DNA of 64,000 nt from an uncultured delta proteobacterium (GCA_963765675.1 CAVXXK010000006.1:192001-256000); one strand, 5' to 3'; positions 39,879 through 49,995 are shown, counted from the first letter of the stretch. Notes: generated by a model not told the origin, from the sequence alone. Numbers and translations are program-made.

Positions 39879-41498
39879 ATGGCTAGGAAAATCGCCGCCA
39901 TCGCGGGCGGCGTGGTACTTGGACTGATAATCGCTTTTGCGCGTGCCGGCGCGTTTCCGTTCTGGAGTTCCGGCGACAAGGATTCATCCAAAGCGGATTC
40001 TTCGGCGCCGCAGGCTGTTTCGTCGATGAGTGCGGTTACTTCAGGGCCTCCCCTGCAAACTCCGCCTCAGACCTCTGAAAGCGCAGGCCGCGCGGGCGCG
40101 ATCGGTTCGTTTGCACCGCTGGTCAAGCGCGTGATGCCGACGGTCGTCAACGTCGCCGTCGTGCAGGACGTGAAGACTTCCGGCTTCGGCGGCCCCGGCG
40201 ACGAAGGCGGTGGCGACGAGGGCGGCGGTGGTGACGAAGGCGGCCCGGGAGCAGGACCCCCGCAGATGCCTCCTGGTATGGGCAATGGCAACGGCGATCC
40301 CTTCGAGCAGTTCCGCCGCTTCTTCGGCCAGATTCCCCGCGAGTACAAACAGCACGGACTTGGCTCCGGCGTGATCGTATCGCCCGACGGCTACATCCTG
40401 ACCAACAACCACGTGGTTGGCGGCGCCGAAGAAATTCACGTCACCCTGATGGACAAGCGCGAATTCACCGCCAAGGTGATCGGCAAAGATCCCAAGACCG
40501 ATCTCGCGCTGATCAAAATCGACACCAAGGATCCGCTTCCCGCCGCGGCGCTCGGAGATTCGGACGGCACCGAAGTCGGCGACTGGGTTATCGCGATCGG
40601 AAACCCGTTCGGCTTTTCGCTTACTGTCACCGCGGGAATCGTCAGCGCCAAGGGCCGAATCCTGGGCGGCAACTACGACGATTTCCTCCAGACCGACGCC
40701 TCGATTAATCCCGGCAATTCCGGCGGCCCGTTGTTCAACACCTCCGGCCAGGTGATCGGGATTAATACCGCCATCTACAGCCGCACCGGCGCCAACAACG
40801 GAATCGGTTTCGCAATCCCGATCGATATGGCGCGCAATGTGATGGAACAGTTGAAGGCGCACGGCCGCGTGATCCGCGGATGGCTCGGGGTTGAAATTCA
40901 GGAAGTCACCGAAGACCTCGCGCAATCCTTTGGATTGCCCAAAGCGGAAGGCGCTCTGGTCGCCAACGCCGACAAAGACGGTCCCGCCGCCAAGGCTGGA
41001 ATCGAGCGCGGCGATATCATCGTCAAGTTCAACAACAAGACGGTGCACGACGAGCACGAACTGCCTGAGCTGGTGGCCGAGACTCCTGTCAACGCGAGCG
41101 TGCCAGTCGAGGTGCTGCGCAACGGCAAGCCGATGACGCTAACCGTCAAGATCGGTGAGCTGAAGGAGCAGAAAGTCGCCAGCGCCAAGGCCGAAGAACC
41201 GGGCGGAAGCTGGGGCATGCAAGTCGGCGATATCACGCCGGAGCTCGCGCAGCAGTTCCATCTGCAGCGGGACAAGGGAGTTGTCGTCCGCCAAGTCGCG
41301 CCTGACAGCCCCGCAGCCGATGCGAGCCTGCAGCCCGGCGACGTGATCCTCGAGATCAATCGCGAGAAGGTTGCCGACGTAAAAGACTTCGTCGCCAAAG
41401 CCAAGGCGGTGAAAGCCGGCAAGAAACCCGCGCTGCTGTTGATCGCGCGCGGTGAAGCGACGCTCTACACAGTGATCAAACCCGGAGGCGGCGACTAA
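39879..41498 (+). CDS. degP: DegP/DegQ serine endoprotease with 2 PDZ domains
   Basis: GSGVI, TNNHVV, DLAL, QTDASINPGNSGGPL, two PDZ domains. Confidence 0.9.
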   Translation: MARKIAAIAGGVVLGLIIAFARAGAFPFWSSGDKDSSKADSSAPQAVSSMSAVTSGPPLQTPPQTSESAGRAGAIGSFAPLVKRVMPTVVNVAVVQDVKTSGFGGPGDEGGGDEGGGGDEGGPGAGPPQMPPGMGNGNGDPFEQFRRFFGQIPREYKQHGLGSGVIVSPDGYILTNNHVVGGAEEIHVTLMDKREFTAKVIGKDPKTDLALIKIDTKDPLPAAALGDSDGTEVGDWVIAIGNPFGFSLTVTAGIVSAKGRILGGNYDDFLQTDASINPGNSGGPLFNTSGQVIGINTAIYSRTGANNGIGFAIPIDMARNVMEQLKAHGRVIRGWLGVEIQEVTEDLAQSFGLPKAEGALVANADKDGPAAKAGIERGDIIVKFNNKTVHDEHELPELVAETPVNASVPVEVLRNGKPMTLTVKIGELKEQKVASAKAEEPGGSWGMQVGDITPELAQQFHLQRDKGVVVRQVAPDSPAADASLQPGDVILEINREKVADVKDFVAKAKAVKAGKKPALLLIARGEATLYTVIKPGGGD

Positions 41499-41522
41499 GC
41501 GCGCATTTCCGGATTCCTCGAT

Positions 41523-41564
41523 AAGCGGCGGCGCTGCGAGTTCGCAGCGTCGCCGCTTTCTTTT
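41523..41564 (+). terminator. intrinsic terminator after degP
   Basis: AAGCGGCGGCGCTGCGA/TCGCAGCGTCGCCGCTT stem followed by TCTTTT. Confidence 0.8.
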
Positions 41565-41623
41565 GCGCCTTTCGCGACACAGCGCTTTCGCCGGACGCAT
41601 CGCGATGCTACCCATACTGTGCG

Positions 41624-42859
41624 GTGGCTGCTTCCGTCTTCAGGTGTGATGTTCTTATCGCGGGCTCGGGCCCCGCCGGTCTCGCCGCCGCTCTCTACCT
41701 GATACGCGCGCGGCCAGAGCTGGCAGGCCGCGTGATCGCGCTCGAAAAATCCGCACATCCGCGCTTCAAGACCTGCGCCGGCGGTCTCATTCCCAAAACG
41801 ATTCTCGCGCTCGAAGAACTCGGCATCCCGCTCGACGTTCCCGCGTGCACCGTGATGCGCGGTGAGGCGCGCACTCCGGTCGGCCCCGTCATCCTCGATC
41901 GCGGGGAGCCGCTATGCACGATCATCCGGCGCGACGAGTTCGATGCACACCTCGCGCGCGCCGCAATCGCTGCCGGACTCGGACTGGCGGAAAACACGCG
42001 TGTGCTGACCGTCACCCAGAATGCCGAGCGCGTTCGGGTCGAAACCGATCGCGGAGCTTTCGAGGCCAAAGTCCTTGTCGGCGCCGACGGATCTGGCAGC
42101 CGGGTGCGCGCCGCTATCTTCGGAGCGGGCAAGGAATCGATAGGCCGCGCCCTGATGGCGGATATCCCCGCCGATCCATCCCGCGCGGTCGAGTTCGCCG
42201 AGAATCGCTATCGCTTCGACTTCCGATGCGTCAGCGCGGGAATTCCGGGCTACGCATGGTCGTTCCCATGCCGGATCGACGGTAATCCGCATCTGAACGT
42301 GGGCATCTACGATCAACATCCGCGCGCGTCGGGCGCGGCCGGAGGCGAGCAGGCGCAGATGCTGACGGAACTGCGCGCCGCTTTTCCGGAGCTACCGCTG
42401 GCGGCGCTCGAGAATCGCACGCAGGCGTTTCGCGCCTTTCCGATAAGGTGGTTCGACGCGCGCGACCGTTACGTAAATGGCCGTGTGATTCTTGCGGGCG
42501 ACGCCGCCGGAGTCGATCCGCTGATGGGCGAGGGGATCTCGTGCGCGTTCGAGCACGGCAAGCTCGCCGCCGATGCGATCGTGCAGTTTCTCGGCGGTGA
42601 TTCGCGCGCGCTCGCCAAGTACGATCGCGCGCTGCATCGCGGCGCGGTCGGCCGCAAGCTCGGCAAACTCGTCTTCGCCGCGCGCCATTTCTACGGACCG
42701 CGTCATCGAATGTACTTCCGCATGGCGCGGATGAGCGCCCGCGCCCGCGATATCGGCGTCGATTGGTACAACGGAGCGCATCACACCGACGAGCTCCCGA
42801 CCCGCACTCTGGTCGCGCGATGGCTCCGCGAGATTCTATTCGGCGCGTCGGTCGGATAA
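41624..42859 (+). CDS. geranylgeranyl reductase-family FAD oxidoreductase
   Basis: GSGPAG, PRFKTCAGG, R.EFD, GADG, GYAWSFP, GDAAG.DPLMGEGI. Confidence 0.88.
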   Translation: MAASVFRCDVLIAGSGPAGLAAALYLIRARPELAGRVIALEKSAHPRFKTCAGGLIPKTILALEELGIPLDVPACTVMRGEARTPVGPVILDRGEPLCTIIRRDEFDAHLARAAIAAGLGLAENTRVLTVTQNAERVRVETDRGAFEAKVLVGADGSGSRVRAAIFGAGKESIGRALMADIPADPSRAVEFAENRYRFDFRCVSAGIPGYAWSFPCRIDGNPHLNVGIYDQHPRASGAAGGEQAQMLTELRAAFPELPLAALENRTQAFRAFPIRWFDARDRYVNGRVILAGDAAGVDPLMGEGISCAFEHGKLAADAIVQFLGGDSRALAKYDRALHRGAVGRKLGKLVFAARHFYGPRHRMYFRMARMSARARDIGVDWYNGAHHTDELPTRTLVARWLREILFGASVG

Positions 42860-42871
42860 ATTTGTGAGTTG

Positions 42872-43111
42872 ATGGCGAAGAAGAGAAAGAAGCGGCGCGG
42901 ACGCGGACCTGGCATTTTGTTGCTGATTGCGATCGTGGTTCTGATTGCGGGGTTCGTGGTGCGCCGCACGCTGATGCCCAAAGCGATTCATTACCTCGCC
43001 TATCGTCCGCCTGATAATCCCACGATTGCGCCGGCCGCGATGCCGAGCGAAGATCTATCCGCGAGCGACCGCAAGCAGCTCGACGACACGCTCAAGAGCA
43101 AGGCCCGGTAG
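42872..43111 (+). CDS. small membrane-anchored hypothetical protein
   Basis: Basic N-terminus, one TM, EDLS..DRKQLD C-terminus. Confidence 0.65.
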   Translation: MAKKRKKRRGRGPGILLLIAIVVLIAGFVVRRTLMPKAIHYLAYRPPDNPTIAPAAMPSEDLSASDRKQLDDTLKSKAR

Positions 43112-43119
43112 CCGCCGCG

Positions 43120-43954
43120 ATGCCGCAGACTCAGATCGTTGACGACCTTGGCTTCCGCGTCGAGCTCCAGGCTCCTCCGCGCCGGATTATTTCGTTGGTG
43201 CCGAGTTGGACCGAGACGCTGTTCGCGCTCGGGATAGGCGACCGCGTGGTCGGCGTGACCAAGTTCTGCGTGTCACCCGAGAAAGAGGTTGCGCCGATCA
43301 CGAAAATCGGCGGCACCAAGAATCCCGACCTGCGCGCGATCACGAATCTGCATCCCGATTTGATCATCGCCAACGCCGAGGAGAACCGGCGCGAGGACGT
43401 CGAACGGATGCGGGCGCAGGGAATCGCGGTTCTGACGACTTATCCGCGCACCGTGCCGGCGGCGGTCGAGTCGCTGCTGAAAATCGGCCGCGCAACTGGA
43501 TGCGAGGCCGAAGCCGGCACGCTCGCCCGCGAAATAACTCTGACCGTCAGCGAAATCGAAGCCACCATGGGAGTATGGGCCAAGCTCCGCCTGCGCGTCT
43601 TCTGTCCGATTTGGAAAAAACCCTGGATGGCGTTCAACGCCGACACTTATGCGCACGACGTGTTGCGGATGCTCGGCTACAATAACATTTACGCTTCCGC
43701 CGGAGAGCGCTATCCGATGACCACGCTCGAAGCCGCGCTCGATCTGCGCCCCGATATCGTTTTGCTGCCCGACGAGCCATACGAATTCGCCGAGAGCGAC
43801 GTCGAAGAACTCCGCGCGACGCTCCCGCCCGGCCTCTCGCGCCGTGTGCTGATAGTCAGCGGCCGCGACCTGCATTGGTACGGCGTCCACATGGTCGAAG
43901 GCCTCAAGTCCTTAGCCGCTCCGCTTGGCGAGGGTCCGCGCGGCAGTGCTGTAA
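43120..43954 (+). CDS. BtuF-like helical-backbone metal/cobalamin-binding protein (probable +1 frameshift near the 3' end)
   Basis: RRIISLVPSWTETL, VGVTKFC, GGTKNP, PDEPY.F; a natural stop TAA at 43952 is reached if one C near 43921 is removed. Confidence 0.8.
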
Positions 43955-43960
43955 AAAATC

Positions 43961-44072
43961 AACCGGCCACGAAGACACAAAGACACAAGGAAAAAAATCA
44001 GAGGACTTTCCTGTGGGAAAGTCCTCCTTAGTGTCTTCGTGTCTTAGTGGCCGCTTCGTGCTTTGGTGTTTT
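43961..44072. repeat. REP-like element, family B copy 1 (9-bp CACNAAGAC units in inverted arrays)
   Basis: GGCCACGAAGACACAAAGACACAAGG ... CCTTAGTGTCTTCGTGTCTTAGTGGCC with inner hairpin GAGGACTTTCC/GGAAAGTCCTC. Confidence 0.8.
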
Positions 44073-44117
44073 GATTGGTTTGCGCCGATCACCCGAACGC
44101 ACTAAACCTTGTCCATT

Positions 44118-45327
44118 ATGGCTGCATCTCCGCCGCTCACTGGAATAAAGGTTCTCGATCTGACTAAGCTCGCGCCCGGGCCGTTCTGTACGATGATCCT
44201 GGGCGACCTTGGCGCCGACATAGTCAAAATCGAAGAGCCGGGCGCTCCTACCGGACGCCGCGCGCAGCAGGCGGGCAAGGCCGGTTCGCAAGGATTGGCG
44301 GCGGCATTCGGCGGCTCGCCGTTCAACGCGCTCAATCGTAATAAAAAATCGATCGCGCTCAATCTCAAGAGCGGCCCCGGCAAAGAGGTCTTCCTGCGCC
44401 TGGCCCAACGCGCCGATATCGTCGTCGAGGAATACCGCCCCGGCGTCGCCGCGCGCCTTGGCATCAGCTATGACAAGCTCTCGGTGCGCAACCCGCGCCT
44501 CATTTATTGCTCGATCACCGGCTACGGGCAGGACGGCCCGTATCGCGATCTGGTCGGCCACGATCTGAATTACATTGCAACCGCCGGCGTGCTTTCGATT
44601 CTCGGACGGCCAGGCCAGCTCCCGACGATCCCGCACAACATCATCGCCGACTACGCCGGCGGCGGGATGCATGGGGCGATCGGAATTCTCGCCGCGTTGG
44701 TCGCGCGCACTCAAACCGGACGCGGGCAATACGTGGATATTTCGATGATGGACGGCGCGCTGGCCCTGATGGCGCAATCGTTCTCGACTTTCTTCGCGAC
44801 CGGCGCGGTCCCAAAGCGCGGCGAGACGATGCTCGACGGCGCGATCCCGAATTACAACGTGTACGAAACCAAAGACGCGTAAGATCATCACGATCGGATC
44901 GCTCGAACCGTGGTTCTTCGCCAACCTGTGCCGCGCGCTCGGCCGCGAAGATCTGATCGAGCACGAATTCAATCCTGATAAGCGCGCCGAGATTCAGAAG
45001 TTCTTCACCGATTCGTTCAAAACCAAAACCCGCGACGAATGGTTCGAGCTTTTGAGCAAGACCGATATCTGCGTCGGCAAAATGAATACGCTCGACGAGG
45101 TCGACAGCGATCCGCAGGTCCGCGCGCGCAAGATGATCGTCGAGCTCGATGCGCCCGGCGGCCAAAAGGTAAAGCAGGTCGGAATCTCGGTCAAGCTCTC
45201 CGAAACTCCCGGCTCGATCCGTACGCTCGCGCCCGCGCTCGGTCAGCATACCGACGAGGTGCTCACTGGCTTAGGGTACACGCTCGAACAAGTCGCCAAA
45301 TGGCGGGAGGAAGGCGCGGTAAAATAG
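44118..45327 (+). pseudogene. CaiB/BaiF CoA-transferase (AMACR-like) interrupted by a +1 frameshift at about 44878
   Basis: PLTGIKVLDL, NRNKKS, GHDLNY, ADYAGG; frame stops at YETKDA* and continues in the +1 frame as KIITIGSLEPWFFANLC to APALGQHT. Confidence 0.8.
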
Positions 45328-45466
45328 AAACGCCAAGGCGCCAACCGGCCACTAAGACACGAAGGCACCAAGAAGAACGCGCCGGCTCCCATAAAAGGGA
45401 TCCGGCGCTTCTGTTTCAGACCTTTCTTCTTAGTGTCTTAGTGGCCGTCCTTGGTGTCTTGGTGTT
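45328..45466. repeat. REP-like element, family B copy 2
   Basis: CGGCCACTAAGACACGAAGGCACCAAG ... CTTAGTGTCTTAGTGGCCGTCCTTGGTGTCTTGGTG between convergent genes. Confidence 0.8.
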
Positions 45467-46421
45467 GATTCTCTTCTATCGCCCGCTTGCGCAGACCGAA
45501 CCATAGCGCGCTACCATGATCTGCACGCACCAGATGGTAGTGGCTGATGTCCCCCGGATCGTCGAGGCGCTGGCTCCTCAGCGTCGGCACGTCGCCCCAG
45601 CGGAAAACAGGATTGATGTCGAACCAAGCGAGTATCCGCGCGAGGATCGATCCGCCGAGCCATCGCGGTATGTATCCCTCGGAGTAGCGCAACCAGATCC
45701 AGGTCCCGTCTCGATCGATCGGCGTCGCGACGACGAGCAGATGGAATTTTTCCGCTTCTTCGATGCGCGCGATGCACGGCAGGCGCAACTCGGCGCGCAG
45801 GGGGTATTCGTAGTTGTACCAGCGCTTGCCGCCCTCGGGGCTGAGCGTGCCAGAGATTTTCACGATCTCATCTTCGATGTGCGCGTTGAAGTCCGTAAGC
45901 CGCGTGCCGGCGCCCGGAAGCCATCGCCGATGCACGAATGGGAAATGGAAGAAGTCGCCCATGTTCTCCATCACGCGCAGATAGGACACATCGATCTCGA
46001 AGGAACTCATGAATTTCGAGCCGTTCTCCCACACCGCCGGTTCCAGCCACGGAATCTCCGCAGATGCCTCCGCGCGATCGCCGAACCACATCCAAACGAT
46101 GCCGTACTCCTCTCGGAGCAAAACAGAATGTGCCTCGAATCCGACCGGAATCGGCGCCTCGGCGCCGTTGACCGGGATCAGCACACATTCTCCGCGCGGG
46201 TTCCATCGAAATCCGTGGTACGGACACTGGATACATCCTTCCCGAACTTTTCCGCGCGAAAGGCTCGCAGAGCGATGCGGGCAGCGGTCGGGCAGGGCGG
46301 CGGCGCCTCCGTCGAGACCACGCCACAACACCAGGTCCTGCCCGAGGCGTCGGATACCCACAGGGTGTCGCGCGCCGAGTTGCGAGCTTTGGTAAATCGG
46401 GTACCACTGGTTTGGAATCAT
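45438..46421 (-). CDS. Rieske non-heme iron oxygenase alpha subunit (VanA/KshA-like)
   Basis: CPHR...CPYHG Rieske motif; EN.GD..HF.FVH mononuclear Fe motif. Confidence 0.9.
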   Translation of the reverse strand: MIPNQWYPIYQSSQLGARHPVGIRRLGQDLVLWRGLDGGAAALPDRCPHRSASLSRGKVREGCIQCPYHGFRWNPRGECVLIPVNGAEAPIPVGFEAHSVLLREEYGIVWMWFGDRAEASAEIPWLEPAVWENGSKFMSSFEIDVSYLRVMENMGDFFHFPFVHRRWLPGAGTRLTDFNAHIEDEIVKISGTLSPEGGKRWYNYEYPLRAELRLPCIARIEEAEKFHLLVVATPIDRDGTWIWLRYSEGYIPRWLGGSILARILAWFDINPVFRWGDVPTLRSQRLDDPGDISHYHLVRADHGSALWFGLRKRAIEENQHQDTKDGH

Positions 46422-46425
46422 CGAT

Positions 46426-47085
46426 TCACCCTTTTCTCGTAGCGCCGCCGGCCGTGATGATAATGCCGTTACAGGCAATCTCGATGCCGCGATGAATTTC
46501 CTCGCGCGCCATCGCCGGCGTCACTGCCTCGTTGAGCATCCACGCGTTTATCCACGTGAGCGCGATCGCGTAAACCACCGTCGCCGCGCGCATCGCGTCG
46601 ATCCCTGACGCGATCGCTCTGCGCGTTTTGAGTTTCTCGATCAATTCCGCCAGGACAGCGACCAACCGTACGTCCAACTCGAACAGGCGCTGCCCGATCC
46701 GCGCCGGCTCCGCGATCGCAGCTGCAAGCAATTCACGCCAGAGAACGCGGTCGTCGCTCATGAAGCCTTCGAACCAGATATCGATCATCGCGATAATCGC
46801 GGCGATAGGTTTGGCGGGCGGCGAAGTGAGGACTGAGCGGGCGCTTGCGACCATTTCTTCGGTCTCCCGCCGCACGATTGCGAGCAGTAGGTCGGGTTTC
46901 GAGGAGAAGTAGTTATAAATCGTACCGACCGCCAGCCCCGCTTTTGCCGCTACGTCTTCCATAGCGGTCGAGGAGTACCCGCCGCGGACGAACAAGCTTG
47001 TCGCGGCGCGAACGATACGCCGTTCCCGCGCAATCTTCTGCCGGTCGCGCAATCCGCGCGGCCGCAACGCCAAAGATGAAGCCAT
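46426..47085 (-). CDS. TetR-family regulator
   Basis: LF...GY...MEDVA..AGLA.GTIYNYF..K.DL. Confidence 0.92.
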   Translation of the reverse strand: MASSLALRPRGLRDRQKIARERRIVRAATSLFVRGGYSSTAMEDVAAKAGLAVGTIYNYFSSKPDLLLAIVRRETEEMVASARSVLTSPPAKPIAAIIAMIDIWFEGFMSDDRVLWRELLAAAIAEPARIGQRLFELDVRLVAVLAELIEKLKTRRAIASGIDAMRAATVVYAIALTWINAWMLNEAVTPAMAREEIHRGIEIACNGIIITAGGATRKG

Positions 47086-47146
47086 TCAGGTTTTATTAAC
47101 CCACCGCGGGCGAGTTAAGTCAAGAAACCTGAAGCGATTCACTTTT
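47072..47146. promoter_or_regulatory. paired TetR operators flanking a promoter
   Basis: Two 22-bp palindromes AAAnnTGAA-N4-TTCAnnTTT at 47072-47093 and 47125-47146; minus-strand TTGACT-N17-GTTAAT lies between them. Confidence 0.75.
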
Positions 47147-47526
47147 GTTGTAGGGAACCGCCGCGCCTAACGCACGTTAGGTTTTTTGCCAGATTTGTTC
47201 ATGGCTGAACTGTTCAGCCTTATCCACGCGCGCCGTCCATGCGATAATCGTCGCGATTGGCCGGGCGGGTGATTGGCCTCCGCCACGGCACTCAGCGTGG
47301 GCCGGAACTTCTGCCATCGGTCGAATGACGAATGACAGTTCTGAAGTACACGGGTTTGACCGAGTCCTGGAGGGATCTGCCGTGGGTCAAAACGAACGCG
47401 CTTGTTTTTCGTAAAAGATCCGCGTGTTTGCTGGATAAGTTTCTGACAGCCCACCCAAATTTACCCAAACGAACCCACCACTTTTTTTGATTTCAGCGAT
47501 TCCAGTCGCCCAAGGAATCCAACCGA

Positions 47527-47644
47527 GCCGCCCTAAGACAGGAAGACACAAAGGAAGATCCCGCGAGAGCCGAAAGCCATTTTTCCGAACCAAATTCTTC
47601 TTCGCGCCTTCGTGTCTTAGTTGCCGCTTGCCGCCTTGGTGTTT
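47527..47644. repeat. REP-like element, family B copy 3 (degenerate)
   Basis: CCTAAGACAGGAAGACACAAAG ... CTTCGTGTCTTAGTTGCC..CTTGGTG. Confidence 0.65.
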
Positions 47645-47700
47645 ATGTCTTCCTCTTTCCCTCGATTGCCGACGCCGCCGCGCCCGCTTATCATTGCCGC

Positions 47701-49023
47701 ATGCCGCACAATCAAGTGATGTTCATTCGCGGACCGCATGAACCAATCGCGATCGACCACGCCGAGGGCTCATGGCTCTATACCACCGACGGCCGGAAGA
47801 TTCTCGACGGCGGCGCCGGCGCCGTGGTCGTAAATATCGGCCAGGGACGCGAGGAGATCGCCGAGATCGCGCGCCGCACGATCGCCAAGCTCGATTATAT
47901 CGTGCCGGTATGGACTTCGCCCGAGCGCGAGGCGCTGGTCGCGCGGCTCACGCGATGGACACCACCGGGGATGGACCGCTTCTACTTCACCAGCGGTGGT
48001 TCCGAGGCGGTCGAGGCCGCACTCAAGTTCGCGATCCTGCTGAACAAGGTTCGCGGCAAGGCCTCGAAGAAAAAGATCATCGGCCGCCAGTTCTCCTATC
48101 ACGGCAACACTCTGGCCGCGCTTTCGGTCGGTGGCAGCGGACGCCGAGCCGATTATGAGCACGTGCTGATCGATTGGCCGAAAATCCCGCCTTCGTATTG
48201 CTACCGATGCCCATGGGGCAAGACTTATCCTGCGTGCGATCTCGAATGCGCATCCGCGCTCGAGAAAGCAATCCTCGAAAACGGCGCCGATAATATCGCC
48301 GCGTTTATCGCCGAGCCGATGATGGGCTCGTCCGGGGGCGTGGTTCCTCCGGTCAAGGAATACTGGCCGAAGCTGCGCGAGATCTGCGACAAGTACGACG
48401 TCCTGCTAATCGCCGACGAAGTGATGACCGGCTTCGGACGCACCGGCCGCCGTTTCGCGGTCGAGCATTGGGGCGTCACGCCCGATATCCTGGTCGGCGG
48501 CAAAGGACTCACCGGCGGCTACATGCCGATGGGGATGATCGCGGTGCGCGGCGAGCTGGTCGAAGAGATCGAGCACGCGAAGGCCGACTTCATGTTCTAC
48601 ACCTACAGCTCGCATCCGGTCGCGTGCGCGATCGCCGACGGCGTCCTCGCGATCATGGAGCGAGAGCATCTGGTCGAGCGCTCGGCCGAGATGGGCGCGC
48701 GACTCGGAGCGCAGCTTCGCGAGGAATTGTCGGGGCACCCGATGGTCGGCGATATTCGCGGCAGCGGACTTTTCTGGGGCGTCGAGCTGGTGCACGACAA
48801 GGCCACGCGCACACCGTTCGCGCCGGACAAGAAGGTTACCAATCGGCTGCTCGGCGCCGCGGTTCGGCGCGGACTGTTTTTCTACCCGGCCTCCGGGATG
48901 GCGGGGAAGGCGGGCGGAGACGCGATGATGCTGACGCCGCCGTTTGTCATCAACGAGCAGGAAATGGAATTCCTGGTCCGCACCGCGCACGACGCGCTGG
49001 AAGAATTGAGGCCGCAGCTTTGA
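47701..49023 (+). CDS. class III PLP aminotransferase
   Basis: SGGSEAVE, SYHG, FIAEP, IADEVMTGFGRTG, GKGLTGG. Confidence 0.92.
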   Translation: MPHNQVMFIRGPHEPIAIDHAEGSWLYTTDGRKILDGGAGAVVVNIGQGREEIAEIARRTIAKLDYIVPVWTSPEREALVARLTRWTPPGMDRFYFTSGGSEAVEAALKFAILLNKVRGKASKKKIIGRQFSYHGNTLAALSVGGSGRRADYEHVLIDWPKIPPSYCYRCPWGKTYPACDLECASALEKAILENGADNIAAFIAEPMMGSSGGVVPPVKEYWPKLREICDKYDVLLIADEVMTGFGRTGRRFAVEHWGVTPDILVGGKGLTGGYMPMGMIAVRGELVEEIEHAKADFMFYTYSSHPVACAIADGVLAIMEREHLVERSAEMGARLGAQLREELSGHPMVGDIRGSGLFWGVELVHDKATRTPFAPDKKVTNRLLGAAVRRGLFFYPASGMAGKAGGDAMMLTPPFVINEQEMEFLVRTAHDALEELRPQL

Positions 49024-49062
49024 TCGGCACGCCGCGAATTCCGTCGAGGGAGAAATTGCCGA

Positions 49063-49935
49063 ATGGCCGATAGCATCATCGGGCCCACCTCTCACTACTT
49101 TTACTCGCAGCGCCTGAAGTTGCACTACGTCGATTGGGGTAATGCCGACAAACCGCTGATGGTCCTGGTCCACGGCGGACGCGACCATTGCCGCAACTGG
49201 GATTGGGTCGCGCTCGATCTGCGCAGCCATTACCACGTGATCGCTCCCGACCTGCGCGGCCACGGCGATTCGGATTGGGCGATCGGCGGCAGCTACTCGA
49301 TGATCGATTACGTGCTTGATCTCGCGCAACTCATGCAGGCGGTCTCAACCGAGCCGGCCACTTTGATCGGCCACTCGCTCGGCGGCAATATCGTGCTGCA
49401 ATACACCGGCGTGTTTCATCGCGAGGTCAAGCAGGTCGTATCGATCGAAGGGATGGGACCGCCGCCGGGGATGATCAAGGAGACTCCCGCCTACGAGCGG
49501 ATGAAGAACTGGATCGCGCAGATGCGCGATCTGTCCAATCGCAAAGCGCGCGAGTACCCGAGCATCGCAGAGGCGCTGCGCCGGATGCGCGCGGCGAATC
49601 CTCATCTGAGCGAGGAGCAGGCGCGCCACCTGACCATCTGGGGCGTGCGCCGTAACGAGAACGGCACCTACTCGTGGAAGTTCGACAACTACGTTCACGC
49701 CACTTCGCCGTACATGTTCAATACTCGCGACGCGCGGCAAATCTGGGAGCGTATCACCTGCCCGACCTTCCTGATTCGCGGCTCGGAGTCGTGGGCCGGC
49801 GACTGGGTCAAGGACGGCCGCTTCGCCGCGTTCAAGAACGCGCAGACGGTCACGGTCGAGAAGGCCGGGCATTGGGTGCATCACGATCAGCTCGGAGAAT
49901 TCCTCACTCACGTGCATCGCTTTTTGGAGATATGA
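49063..49935 (+). CDS. alpha/beta hydrolase
   Basis: LVHGG, DLRGHGDS, GHSLGG, AGHWVHHD. Confidence 0.9.
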   Translation: MADSIIGPTSHYFYSQRLKLHYVDWGNADKPLMVLVHGGRDHCRNWDWVALDLRSHYHVIAPDLRGHGDSDWAIGGSYSMIDYVLDLAQLMQAVSTEPATLIGHSLGGNIVLQYTGVFHREVKQVVSIEGMGPPPGMIKETPAYERMKNWIAQMRDLSNRKAREYPSIAEALRRMRAANPHLSEEQARHLTIWGVRRNENGTYSWKFDNYVHATSPYMFNTRDARQIWERITCPTFLIRGSESWAGDWVKDGRFAAFKNAQTVTVEKAGHWVHHDQLGEFLTHVHRFLEI

Positions 49936-49995
49936 TCCGGGCGTAACCGCGATCGTTGTGGACGAGCGGATTGCAAGAATGATGAGTGGAAGATC

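Noticed and set aside
40188-40250. GGCGACGA(A/G)GGCGG tandem repeat in degP
   Set aside because: Encodes a low-complexity GDEGGG linker in the variable protease loop; not a separate element
43961-47644. CRISPR-like array
   Set aside because: Units are 9-bp tandem and inverted, not direct repeats with regular unique spacers; no cas genes
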